Shown in pieces: positions 48,703 to 58,534 of a stretch of DNA of 64,000 bases (position 1 is its first letter; each line of letters opens with the position of its first letter). This stretch comes from an uncultured Gammaproteobacteria bacterium (GTDB lineage Bacteria; Patescibacteriota; Microgenomatia; Levybacterales; UBA12049). The notes beneath the pieces were generated by a model. That model was not told the DNA's origin. It saw only the letters and a list, made by a program, of their open reading frames with translations, and did no database searches. A program made the position numbers and the translations under genes. The stretch spans positions 423,674-487,673 of the forward strand of contig CAZNAA010000001.1 in assembly GCA_964571255.1 (NCBI GenBank), written 5' to 3'.

Positions 48703-49553
48703 AATGAGTATCGTAGTGCTTTTTTATAGGTAGAAACCAATTCTTTTTTCCTTAGCACCATTCCAAGAGTTAAAGCCAGTACTGCTTTAACCGTTAGTAA
48801 TAGTTTAACAAGATAATACGCAAAAAGCGACTTATGCTTCTTGTAAAAGTAAATAAGTCCTTTATAAATATTTACAATAGCAAATTCTCTATTTGAGCTC
48901 CCATATCCAAGATGTTTGACAACAAAGGAAGGATTAAAGAAAATGGAATAGCCTGCTTTTCGCACTCGAAAACATAATTCCATATCCTCAATATACATAA
49001 ATATCTGCTTATCAAATCCTTGAAGCTTGTCAAAAATATCTTTCCTAATAAACATACATCCCCCACTTACCCAATCAACTTCTCGTCCCTTATCTCCCTT
49101 ATATAAAGATGTTTCAAGTTTATCTCCTCCAAAAAGCATGAGAAAAATATCCTTGATTCCATAAAAGTTACTGAAAGACCTTTGATATGATCCATCTTTA
49201 TTTTCAAGTCGTCCTCCAATAATTCCACACGTTACTTCTTTTTCAAAAAAAGAAACAATGTCTTTTAATCCATCAGTTTTTATTTCTGCGTCTGAGTTAA
49301 GAAATAGAAGGTATTCTCCCTTGGCTTTTGTAGCACCTAGATTAATTCCATTTCCAAACCCTAGGTTTTCTTTACTTTTTATCAGTTTTACCCACGGATA
49401 TTTTTTTTCAATCATTCCACAACTAGCATCACTTGAAGCATTATCCACAACAATTACTTCATAAGAAGATGTCTTGAGCATCTGCTTCACTGAAGATAAA
49501 CACCCGTCAAGAAGTTTTTCGGTATTAAAAGATAAGATAATTATCGAAACCAT
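48699..49553 (-). CDS. GT2-family glycosyltransferase
   Basis: VSIIILSFNTEKLL...VVDNASSD...FLNSDA; 284 aa. Confidence 0.75.
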   Translation of the reverse strand: MVSIIILSFNTEKLLDGCLSSVKQMLKTSSYEVIVVDNASSDASCGMIEKKYPWVKLIKSKENLGFGNGINLGATKAKGEYLLFLNSDAEIKTDGLKDIVSFFEKEVTCGIIGGRLENKDGSYQRSFSNFYGIKDIFLMLFGGDKLETSLYKGDKGREVDWVSGGCMFIRKDIFDKLQGFDKQIFMYIEDMELCFRVRKAGYSIFFNPSFVVKHLGYGSSNREFAIVNIYKGLIYFYKKHKSLFAYYLVKLLLTVKAVLALTLGMVLRKKELVSTYKKALRYSL

Positions 49554-50158
49554 CGTGCTCTTCCTAGAATGTAATGAAGATTTGAGGTATCTCTGGTTCC
49601 AATTACTTTGGCAGGAATTCCTCCAACAACTTCTCCTTCTCCTACGTCTTTAGTCACTACTGCACCTGCTCCGATAACTGCACCTTTCCCAATAGTTATT
49701 CCTGGAAGAATGATAGCTCGAGGACCAATAAATACATAATCATGAATTGTCACTGCCTCTTCTTGTACTCCCTCATTTGATGCAAAATGTTCAGCATGAA
49801 TATTATGTTGAGAGTTATAAATCATCACTTCACTTGCTATATCAACATGATCTCCAATAACAAGTTTTGCCCGTCCATCAAGAACTACTCCCTCGCCAAT
49901 AATACTATCTTTTCCAATTGAGATATTATGAGGATTATAAAACCTAGCATGCATGTGAATAGTTGATCCTTTGCCAATCTGAATCCCCCCCATTCTATAA
50001 AAAAGTCTTCTTACTAAATGTGAGGGAGCACATCCCACCATATGAAGCAAGTACACTTCAAGTTCCAGTAAAATATTTTCGACTCTATTAAATCCTTTTT
50101 TCATAACCTCAGTACTTGATAATGACTTTCCTGTTTTATCTTTAAGCATTTTTTCCAA
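49541..50158 (-). CDS. Hexapeptide-repeat (LbH) sugar O-acetyltransferase
   Basis: Repeated [LIV]GxxxxIxxx hexads, e.g. IGKGSTIHMHARF, IGKDSIIGEGVVL and IGKGAVIGAGAVV (WcaF/maltose-acetyltransferase-like). Confidence 0.75.
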   Translation of the reverse strand: MEKMLKDKTGKSLSSTEVMKKGFNRVENILLELEVYLLHMVGCAPSHLVRRLFYRMGGIQIGKGSTIHMHARFYNPHNISIGKDSIIGEGVVLDGRAKLVIGDHVDIASEVMIYNSQHNIHAEHFASNEGVQEEAVTIHDYVFIGPRAIILPGITIGKGAVIGAGAVVTKDVGEGEVVGGIPAKVIGTRDTSNLHYILGRARWFR

Positions 50159-51260
50159 CCTCCAGTAAAACTTCTAGGGTTTGTTTTGCTGTTTTTTCCC
50201 AACTAAACTTTTTAACTTGTTCCCTTCCTTTTTTAATTAACTCTTCACGTACTTTTTTATCTGTATACATCTCTTCCATCTTCTCAGCAATATCTTGAGA
50301 GTTCAATGGATCAACATAGAGTACTGCATCTCCTCCAGCTTCAGGGAGACTACTAATATTACTGGTAATAACAGGACAATCAAACTTCATGGCTTCAAGA
50401 ACAGGGAGTCCAAATCCTTCGTAGAGACTGGGGAGAACATAGGCAACAGCATTACTATAAAGTCCGGGAAGATCTTCATTTGGAACAAAATCAAGAAACT
50501 TTACTTGGTCTTCAACTCCATACGTTTTAGGAGAAGCTAAAATTTCTTCATACATCCATCCCTTTTTGCCTACAATAATAAGTTGCACTTCGGGATGTTT
50601 TTTTTGAAGGTAGGAAAAGGCTTGGACAAGCCTGGTTACATTTTTTCTCGGTTGGAGTGTACTGACAAACAAAAAGTAAGGCATTGAGAAAGAGTATTTC
50701 TTTTGTAATTCAGCTATGGTTATTTGATTTTTCATATCACCCGTTGGCTTAATTCCTAAGTAGGTTACTGTAATATCTTCCTCTTTTACCTTGTAGAACT
50801 TAATTATATCACGTTTACTTGCCTCACTAATGGTAAAAACTTTAGTTGCATTTTTCACTGAATACCCTGTCCACTCTTTCAATTGGTATAAATCTGATTG
50901 GTTAAATAGTGCTGGAAAATGGAGGTATGCTAAATCCATAATCGAAATAACTGTTGGAACTGGAGAGAAACGAGGAGCATAGTGAGAAGGGGTAAAAAAG
51001 AGTGTGGGACGAGGAAAGTGGGTAAAAAGATAGAGAGGAAGACCCACCTGAGTCCAGAGTCTTTTGGGTTTTACAAGTACGTATTTCCAGTACTCATTTT
51101 CCTTTGGCATATCACCAAGTGGAGGCTGTTTAAGATACACAGTAAACTGAAGGGTTGATGAAGCATTCGCAGCAAAGTGTTTTAGTACTTCATATGCATA
51201 TACTCCACTTCCCACTCTTCTCTCTTCATTAGCTTCATTTCCATCAATTCCAATTATCAT
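50142..51260 (-). CDS. GT4-family glycosyltransferase
   Basis: C-terminal YEGFGLPVLEAMKFDCPVITS; 372 aa. Confidence 0.7.
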   Translation of the reverse strand: MIIGIDGNEANEERRVGSGVYAYEVLKHFAANASSTLQFTVYLKQPPLGDMPKENEYWKYVLVKPKRLWTQVGLPLYLFTHFPRPTLFFTPSHYAPRFSPVPTVISIMDLAYLHFPALFNQSDLYQLKEWTGYSVKNATKVFTISEASKRDIIKFYKVKEEDITVTYLGIKPTGDMKNQITIAELQKKYSFSMPYFLFVSTLQPRKNVTRLVQAFSYLQKKHPEVQLIIVGKKGWMYEEILASPKTYGVEDQVKFLDFVPNEDLPGLYSNAVAYVLPSLYEGFGLPVLEAMKFDCPVITSNISSLPEAGGDAVLYVDPLNSQDIAEKMEEMYTDKKVREELIKKGREQVKKFSWEKTAKQTLEVLLEVGKNA

Positions 51261-51835
51261 ACATTTACTCCTGCTAAAATAACTTTTAATTTATTTTCTG
51301 GAATTCCCAGTATATCCACTGCATCCTTTTTCGTTGCTTCTGAGATGCAAAGGATTTTATCTACTTCTTTTTTTACCCAGTATAGTTTTTTCTTTTGAGT
51401 AGTAACAATATTAGGAGTGAGTAACATTTTTTTAAGAGAGAAACTCGTATTATTATTTGCTTCTTCTGGGTATTTATAGACAACCAAATCATAGAGAATA
51501 GTTACTTTTTTTGCTTTTTGTACGGGCGGCTCAACCCAATCTGATGAAAGAAAAACATCAACTTTTCCAATAAGTCGCTCAATGGGAAGAATGTGTAAGA
51601 CATTCCATAACAGATGTAAAACTGTAGGAGGTAATTTGAACTGTTTTATAGCCACATTTGAATGTTTCGTTGTAAGATCCTGGACTCTCTGAGGAAGAGT
51701 CCCACGTAAAGAGGAGAAAAACAGAATATACTCATTCTCCAAATCTTGTTTCAAAAGAGTGGAAACAAGTGAATAAAGATAATTAGGTACTCCCCCAGAA
51801 TAAGCAAGTTGCGAAATATCAATTCCTATTTTCAT
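51257..51835 (-). CDS. Stand-alone GT4 N-terminal-domain protein (possible split or truncated GT)
   Basis: MKIGIDISQLAYSGGVPNY matches the Glyco_trans_4 N-domain start. At only 192 aa it has no C-terminal sugar-donor domain. The downstream gene is a complete GT4 with its own N-domain. Confidence 0.4.
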   Translation of the reverse strand: MKIGIDISQLAYSGGVPNYLYSLVSTLLKQDLENEYILFFSSLRGTLPQRVQDLTTKHSNVAIKQFKLPPTVLHLLWNVLHILPIERLIGKVDVFLSSDWVEPPVQKAKKVTILYDLVVYKYPEEANNNTSFSLKKMLLTPNIVTTQKKKLYWVKKEVDKILCISEATKKDAVDILGIPENKLKVILAGVNV

Positions 51836-52058
51836 AGTGCTTTAGTATTACTACTATCACATACCCTACTAAAAAAGACAACGCGTACATAATGAATCTT
51901 CGTGCGGTAAAGAAATTTCCTAAAGTATAAAGAAGAAGTGAGGATCCAGCAAGAAAAGTACTACTCCATAAAAATATTCTTTCATTTTTCTTGAAAAGAA
52001 AAATGAGAATAAGTATGAATAGAAAGGAAATTATCCAAACGATATCTTGAATTTTCAT
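51819..52058 (-). CDS. Small two-TM membrane protein
   Basis: 79 aa with two hydrophobic segments. It overlaps its neighbours by 4 and 17 nt. Coding status is uncertain. Confidence 0.3.
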   Translation of the reverse strand: MKIQDIVWIISFLFILILIFLFKKNERIFLWSSTFLAGSSLLLYTLGNFFTARRFIMYALSFLVGYVIVVILKHYENRN

Positions 52059-53017
52059 TTAGCCTCTGAAGAATATTTTAGAGGAAATATGATAGGTTTG
52101 TCATCTTCCATTGGTTGAGAATATGACATATGAAGCAAAAGATCAGCAATAAAGCCTGTTGAAAAGATTTGTAATCCTCCAACAATAAGGAGTACTGCAT
52201 ACGTTAAGAGAGGTCTTGTACCAATTGATTGTCCACTCAAACGGAGAAGTGTGAGATAGACAAGGAGAGCTCCTCCAATAATGGTACATATTCCACCAAT
52301 TATTCCAAAAAAGTGCATAGGTCTTTTACTGTACTTGAAAATAAAGATTACGGTAAACATATCTGGAAGCTCCTTCCAGAGTTTAGAAAAACCATATTTA
52401 GAAGTACCTTGCATTCGTGGAGCATGTTCAACTACTACTTCATCAACTGAAAATCCGTTATTTTGTGAGATAAGAGGAATAAAACGATGGAGCCCTCCAT
52501 AGAGTCTAAGAGATTTAGCAGCATCTTTTTTATACATCTTAAGTCCACAGTTATAATCATGAAGGCTTAATCCAAATAGATAATTCATGATTTTATTGAA
52601 AATTCGAGAGATAGCAACCATTTTGGACTTATCTTTTCTATCTCTTCTCCATCCAGAAACAACATCTGTTCCTGATTGACATTTTTTAAGTAATTTATGG
52701 ATTTCAGTTGGCTTATCTTGTAAATCTGCATCCAATGTAACAATATAATCTCCGTCTGATTTTTGGAAACCTAAGGTAAGGGCCTCAGCCTTACCCATAT
52801 TTTTTCTAAAAGAAAATGCTTTTACTCTCTTATCCTTTTTAACTAAATCTTGAAGCATAGAGAGACTTTTATCTGTAGAACCATCATCGACAAACACTAT
52901 CTCATAGCGAGAAGATAAAGAAGGCATAACACGAGTTGCTTCAGCATAGAAAGCATCAAGACTTTCTTCCTCGTTGTAGACTGGAACTACCACTGAAATC
53001 AACGGATTTTTTTCCAT
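52055..53017 (-). CDS. Polyprenyl-phosphate glycosyltransferase (GT2; DPM1/GtrB/ArnC-like with a C-terminal 2-TM anchor)
   Basis: ISVVVPVYNEEESL...VFVDDGSTDKS...DADLQD, plus two C-terminal TM segments. Confidence 0.75.
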   Translation of the reverse strand: MEKNPLISVVVPVYNEEESLDAFYAEATRVMPSLSSRYEIVFVDDGSTDKSLSMLQDLVKKDKRVKAFSFRKNMGKAEALTLGFQKSDGDYIVTLDADLQDKPTEIHKLLKKCQSGTDVVSGWRRDRKDKSKMVAISRIFNKIMNYLFGLSLHDYNCGLKMYKKDAAKSLRLYGGLHRFIPLISQNNGFSVDEVVVEHAPRMQGTSKYGFSKLWKELPDMFTVIFIFKYSKRPMHFFGIIGGICTIIGGALLVYLTLLRLSGQSIGTRPLLTYAVLLIVGGLQIFSTGFIADLLLHMSYSQPMEDDKPIIFPLKYSSEAK

Positions 53018-54984
53018 ATTATTAAACTATATATCGAGTATATCACAAATGCCAATAAAAGTCCTATAGGTAATAATTTTGTGTAGTTTTGTAGTGTATA
53101 ATGAAGCTTTAGTGAAGAAGAAGAATCAGGAGATATAGTAAATTTCATTGTGTTAAATTCTGTTTTTTCAACTTTTTTTGTTATACCTTCTTGCTCAATC
53201 TCCCAAAAAGGATCATACATCTCAGAAAAATAAATCTCTCTATTTGGCTCTGTCTTCAAAGCAGAGGTATCAAGCGTATAAGAGACAGGTGAAGCAGAGG
53301 TAACAGCTATTTCCCCCTGTGCTGACCAAATATGATGTTTATACTCATCCACCTCATAAAGGATTACTCCCTCTTTCTCTATTTTTTTAAGCCAAGAGAG
53401 AGAATCAAGAGTAGCATAGGTTTCTTTTTCCAGCTTTGGTGAATATTTACGATCTTGAGTAAAGATAGTACCTTCTGTATCTTTAGGAACAATAATATAT
53501 CGAATAGCTGACTCTTTTATCCTTTGCTCAGTTACTGAGTTTTTCATTTTGTTATGAAGAGAAGATAGTGAATATGTTTCAAAGTAATCAACAGCAGGAA
53601 TTGCAGGATGGGTGAAAGAATAGTAACTAAAAATAGAAATACTCGGATACCAAAGTGTTCGATAAAAAGAAGCATCTTTTTTTATTACCTCTCCACTTTT
53701 TTGATACCACTGCGGAACTTCCCGTGATTTGATTGCACCTGTTGGTGTAAAAAGAAGATAGTGGAGTGTTGGGATTGTAAGAATAAAAACTGCATAGATA
53801 AAAAGGCAAGCTTTTATTTTTTGAGACTTTTCTTTTGAGAACAAATAGATACTCAGTGGGAAAAGAATCATATACCCAACAAGTACTAACATAAAAAACT
53901 TACTCGGATCTCTAAATAAAGAAAATCCTGGAATATGAAAGAATAACCACTGAAAGATTTGCCCAAAAGGATCCTGCACTCCTTTTCCAAAAAAACTTCC
54001 AAGAAGAATAAGAACAAGTGAAAATATAATAAGAACCTTTGTATTCTTCTCTTGTTTGCTTAAGGAGAGAAAAAGTAAGGCTGAGAAAGGTAAAAGAAGA
54101 AAAAGTGGTGAGAAAAAACTCATTTTTCCAAATATATTCTCAGGCCAAAAGGGATGATGAAGAGCAAAGGGATATTCAATAGTTGCAAAACTAAAATACT
54201 TTAATGCCTCAACACTATAAAAGGCTTTCCCCAAATCTTTAATAGGATCTGTCTTATGAAGAAGTACTGGAATGTACCAAAAAGCATTTAATACTATAAG
54301 AAATAGAGTGGAAAAAAGAAACATTCCACCAAAAAGATACATTATTTGTTTTTTATTTTTCGCAAATATAAACTGGAGAAGAGTAAAAAGCCCCACAATT
54401 CCTAATCCTAAAACAAATACACGCAACTCATACCATAAAAGAAGTGCTAGTGAAAATGGAAAGAGTATAATTCCAATCTTTTTTTCCAAAATACTTCCAA
54501 AATTAGTACTAAGAACTAAAGAAAGTGTCACGAGAATCAAACAACTAAATCCTAGAGCCATTTGGACTTGTCCTCCTGATAAGAGTAAAACAACATATGA
54601 GTTAAAGAAGAAAAGTATTGGACCAAGTAGCCCTATCCACCAACTCTTTGTGATTTGTCTAACAAGAAGAAAACTTCCTCCTCCACCCAAGATAAAAAGA
54701 GGAAGAAAAAGAACTACGCGAACAACTATTTCCCAAGAAATATGAAGAGTATCTAAAAGAAATCGGAAAGGTAAGGTAATTGGCAGAAAATACCAAAGAA
54801 ATGGAGCATAGAATCCCCCCGTCCCAGATCCTCTTTGCATGTCCCAGACAAAGGGAAGCGGGAGAAGGTTACTACTATTCCAATAGGGCAAATCAGTATT
54901 GGTTAACGTACCTGGAGTTAGAATTCCTCGATATGCTATAAGAATGATTCCAATTATCGATGCAACAAGAAGGTATTTTTTCAT
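52999..54984 (-). CDS. Large polytopic membrane protein, GT-C-like
   Basis: 661 aa with about 13 TM segments, a ~200-aa extracytoplasmic C-terminal domain and a terminal TM segment. It sits immediately downstream of a polyprenyl-P GT2. Confidence 0.4.
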   Translation of the reverse strand: MKKYLLVASIIGIILIAYRGILTPGTLTNTDLPYWNSSNLLPLPFVWDMQRGSGTGGFYAPFLWYFLPITLPFRFLLDTLHISWEIVVRVVLFLPLFILGGGGSFLLVRQITKSWWIGLLGPILFFFNSYVVLLLSGGQVQMALGFSCLILVTLSLVLSTNFGSILEKKIGIILFPFSLALLLWYELRVFVLGLGIVGLFTLLQFIFAKNKKQIMYLFGGMFLFSTLFLIVLNAFWYIPVLLHKTDPIKDLGKAFYSVEALKYFSFATIEYPFALHHPFWPENIFGKMSFFSPLFLLLPFSALLFLSLSKQEKNTKVLIIFSLVLILLGSFFGKGVQDPFGQIFQWLFFHIPGFSLFRDPSKFFMLVLVGYMILFPLSIYLFSKEKSQKIKACLFIYAVFILTIPTLHYLLFTPTGAIKSREVPQWYQKSGEVIKKDASFYRTLWYPSISIFSYYSFTHPAIPAVDYFETYSLSSLHNKMKNSVTEQRIKESAIRYIIVPKDTEGTIFTQDRKYSPKLEKETYATLDSLSWLKKIEKEGVILYEVDEYKHHIWSAQGEIAVTSASPVSYTLDTSALKTEPNREIYFSEMYDPFWEIEQEGITKKVEKTEFNTMKFTISPDSSSSLKLHYTLQNYTKLLPIGLLLAFVIYSIYSLIIWKKIR

Positions 54985-55045
54985 TAAATATGGTAGGTAT
55001 ATACTTTATAGTAACGGATAATAATAGGCGAATCTATATGTAGTT

Positions 55046-56119
55046 CTAACGGACAAGCTTTTTTTCATCTCGTAGTTCTATCCACGCATGTAATAGACCG
55101 ATAAGAAGAAGTAAAAACACCCATATACTGGATTCATCAGCAAGTAGGGGTTTATTTATTGTTAAAAGAATGATAGTCAAACCTAGCATAAAAATAGAAG
55201 AGAAAAAAGAGATAACACTTGGAAGTTTATAAAACCATACTCCAAGTACCCACAAAAACATTGTATGGCTTAATAAGTATCCGTTCACTCCAGTGAAAAG
55301 AAATATTGGTATAAGAATAATTATGTGTAAAAGAAATATTACACTAAAGGTATTAAGAGTAATGATATGAGTAGCCAAAAGCTTATGTCCTTTTTTCACT
55401 CGTTCGTTTCCTTTAAGCTGTTTTATTATTCTTTTTGCACCTGATTCAATAACATTTTTAAAAAGAAGATATGTCAAAAATGGACTAAATGAGAATGCAA
55501 TAATAAGAATGCTTATAGGATTTGATAATGAGAAAGTTATCTTTTGTGCAATGAAATGAAGAGACACAGTTTTGTCTGAGACTAGAACAGCTTTAGAGAA
55601 TTGATAACTTCCAACAATAGCAGGATAATTTGGATTAAAGGTCAACGAATTATCCTCTGTTCCCCTTTGAGAAATAACTTCAACAATATATTTTTTATTT
55701 TTAGATGAGGCTATTGTTGGAAAACCAAATGGGTAAAGAGTAAGCGTTCGGAAATTTCCTCCCCCGTATGCCCGTTCGTAATACCATTTTGCATCACCCT
55801 CCTCTTTTATTCGAAATACTATTTCATCCTCATCAATATTCCACTTGTTATAATTTTTTAGACGGAGTGAAATAATTCCGAGATTATCTTCTGAAGCTAT
55901 AAAAACAGCTCTAACCTTTTCTCCTTTTAGAATTCTTCCTGTTTTACTTTTACTATCAAGACCTGAAGTATGATCAACAGGCAAGGTAGATAAACTAGCA
56001 CTATTATTAAAAAGAACCATTGCAGCGACAAACAAGCCAAAGAAGAAGAACATGTAGAGAGTAATCCAGTGTCTGATATGTATACCTATGAGGTTTATTA
56101 CGGAATAAATAAATTTCAT
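55046..56119 (-). CDS. Hypothetical membrane protein (N-terminal TM, beta-rich ectodomain, C-terminal 4-5 TM)
   Basis: 357 aa with no recognised motifs. Confidence 0.3.
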   Translation of the reverse strand: MKFIYSVINLIGIHIRHWITLYMFFFFGLFVAAMVLFNNSASLSTLPVDHTSGLDSKSKTGRILKGEKVRAVFIASEDNLGIISLRLKNYNKWNIDEDEIVFRIKEEGDAKWYYERAYGGGNFRTLTLYPFGFPTIASSKNKKYIVEVISQRGTEDNSLTFNPNYPAIVGSYQFSKAVLVSDKTVSLHFIAQKITFSLSNPISILIIAFSFSPFLTYLLFKNVIESGAKRIIKQLKGNERVKKGHKLLATHIITLNTFSVIFLLHIIILIPIFLFTGVNGYLLSHTMFLWVLGVWFYKLPSVISFFSSIFMLGLTIILLTINKPLLADESSIWVFLLLLIGLLHAWIELRDEKKLVR

Positions 56120-57288
56120 ACTGAAAAGATTGGTTTTAATGCTCTACTATAAATTGCACTCCAATCAAACTCTTTAGCATATCGCAAAGCATTTTTCCTA
56201 TACAGTTGAGTTTGTGTCTTATCTTTCATGAGCTTAATAATTGTATCCGCTAATACTTTTTTATCATATTTAACTACAACACCACATCTCCTCTTCTCAA
56301 GTTCATCACCCATATATGTAACGTTTGTTGTAATGACAGGTAAACCGCACCCGAGATACGATTTGATCTTTGATGGATCAGCATAATAGGACCATATATC
56401 TAATTCTTTACTATACATTGCAACCGCAACATCTCCTTGGATAAGGATTTTTTCGACGTCTTCATGTTTCTCTTGATATCCTAAGAACTCTACATACTTT
56501 TCAATCTTTAACTGTTTAGACTTTTTCTTTAAAACCTCTTCATAGTTTCCAGAACCAACAATTTTAAAGACAAAATTGGGAAGTTTTTTTACTACTAAAG
56601 GAATCGCTTCTAGAACTACCTGTACTCCTTGATGAGGAGATAATCCTCCTGCATATACAAGAACATTCTGAGAAGTTTGCTTACTTTTTCTTTTTGGAAT
56701 TCTATCAATCCAGATGCCAATTGGAGCAATGATTTGCTTATTATAAACTTCTCTTGATAACCCTCTTACTTTTTCTCTTCCCTCTGCCATTCTTTCTGTT
56801 AAATTCCACGTTACATCAGCTAGTTTGACTGATTGTTTATCGAGGAAATGATAGATATTGTTAAGAACATTATTCTTAAACCGTTGAGGTACGAAGTCTA
56901 TTGTGTAATAGATAACTTTTTCAATATATCCTACGCTTTTTAATATGAGTCCAGTTATCGTGTTTAAATTATCAAGAGCAATAATTAAATCCCATTTTCC
57001 CCCTATTTTTATAACCCAGAAAATAGTCACTAGTATATCACGAATATAAGCAGGGATTCCTGATAAAGGATAATTTTTGTGAGAAACGGATTTAACTAAT
57101 TTCCCATTTTTATAAAGTTTAAAATAGGATCCAGGTTTACCTTCTTTATAGAACAAGGGGTGACCAATAAAAAGAAGTTCCTTTACTTTACGATCTAATA
57201 AAAACTTCTCCAGATCTTCAGCAGGAACTGTTGTAATTACATGAGACAGAATAATAATTGATTTTTGATGTAATCCTTGTTTTTTCAT
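56116..57288 (-). CDS. GT4-like glycosyltransferase
   Basis: GT-B C-domain YAGGLSPHQGVQVVLEAIP...GCGLPVITTNVTYMGDE. Confidence 0.6.
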   Translation of the reverse strand: MKKQGLHQKSIIILSHVITTVPAEDLEKFLLDRKVKELLFIGHPLFYKEGKPGSYFKLYKNGKLVKSVSHKNYPLSGIPAYIRDILVTIFWVIKIGGKWDLIIALDNLNTITGLILKSVGYIEKVIYYTIDFVPQRFKNNVLNNIYHFLDKQSVKLADVTWNLTERMAEGREKVRGLSREVYNKQIIAPIGIWIDRIPKRKSKQTSQNVLVYAGGLSPHQGVQVVLEAIPLVVKKLPNFVFKIVGSGNYEEVLKKKSKQLKIEKYVEFLGYQEKHEDVEKILIQGDVAVAMYSKELDIWSYYADPSKIKSYLGCGLPVITTNVTYMGDELEKRRCGVVVKYDKKVLADTIIKLMKDKTQTQLYRKNALRYAKEFDWSAIYSRALKPIFSV

Positions 57289-58532
57289 TTTTTCTTTTTT
57301 ATGTTTACTTTTGCTATCATATTTCTTCCTCTTGCAATAAAAGGTTGTTCAATTAACTTCTCACTCATGGTACTTACCAGGAGAGTAATAAGAAATATGG
57401 AAATAAATCTAAGATATTCATTTCCTAGAGGTATAAGAGTGAAAAAAGCAATAATTAATAAATGAAATAAGTAGAACGAATAACTAATTTTTCCTATATG
57501 TAGAATGAACTTATTCTCAAAAACCACTCTTACCAAAACTCCTCCTTCTAAACATGCGAAAATTAATACCATAGTAAAAAGAGAAAGGAAAAGATCGGGT
57601 AGTAAGATTGTGCTATTAATATATAAACCTAGTAGTACAAGAAGAAAAAAGATTGAGGAATTTTGAATGATCTGTTTATTTATATTTTTTTTAACTAACG
57701 ATAACATTTTTTGCTGAAAAAAAAGGACATAGGCAAAAAGACTAAGTCCAATGACCCAAAAAATTCTTTGTTCCGTAGACAGTGCTTTTAAGATATAGAT
57801 GAAGATTCCACTGGTAACTACTACAGAGAATATATGTTTAAAATTGGGAAAGATAGAAATAATTTTTCCACGTGTAGGTTTTATCATATATGCTAGTATT
57901 CCCATACAATAAACTGCTAAATATGTTTCAATAGCCCAGTCCCCTCCCCCTAATCGTATTTGATAAATCGGTAACTCAACAGTTCTATTCAGATAAAAAA
58001 ACACTCCCATCCCAAGTAAACCAACAAGGAATAAACTATACTTTCTTGCCAAAAAGAAAATAAAAGGAATAACCAAATAGTAAAAGAACTCTAAAGGGAT
58101 AGTCCACTCTACACCCAGCAAACTATTTTGATATCTTTGATTAAGAATACTAAAAAAAGTGAGATGATAAAAAAGATTGGCAAAGTCAAAAGTTGAAAGT
58201 TGGAATAGATTTTTATAATAGGCAGCCAAAGGTAAAAATCCTCCTAATAAAAAACAAATAATCATAACAAAGTAGTACAACGGAACAATTCTGAGAATTC
58301 TTTTTTTTAGATATACTCTAAAATCAAATAGTTTTGACCTATCAATACTCATACACAGCGTAAAGGCTGAGATAATAAAAAATACTGTTACTCCATATTT
58401 CCCAAAATTTACTAATTTATCAGAAAACGAATTGATATTTCCCAGGAAGGTTCCTGCATGAATGAGAAACACAAAAAGTGCGGCATATCCCCGAAGACCA
58501 GTAATAAAAGCTAATGTTTCTTTCTGTTCCAT
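57285..58532 (-). CDS. Acyltransferase family 3 (OatA/OafA-like) membrane O-acyltransferase
   Basis: N-terminal FITGLRGYAALFVFLIHAG..., 10-11 TM segments, 415 aa. Confidence 0.75.
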   Translation of the reverse strand: MEQKETLAFITGLRGYAALFVFLIHAGTFLGNINSFSDKLVNFGKYGVTVFFIISAFTLCMSIDRSKLFDFRVYLKKRILRIVPLYYFVMIICFLLGGFLPLAAYYKNLFQLSTFDFANLFYHLTFFSILNQRYQNSLLGVEWTIPLEFFYYLVIPFIFFLARKYSLFLVGLLGMGVFFYLNRTVELPIYQIRLGGGDWAIETYLAVYCMGILAYMIKPTRGKIISIFPNFKHIFSVVVTSGIFIYILKALSTEQRIFWVIGLSLFAYVLFFQQKMLSLVKKNINKQIIQNSSIFFLLVLLGLYINSTILLPDLFLSLFTMVLIFACLEGGVLVRVVFENKFILHIGKISYSFYLFHLLIIAFFTLIPLGNEYLRFISIFLITLLVSTMSEKLIEQPFIARGRNMIAKVNIKKKK

Positions 58533-58534
58533 AC

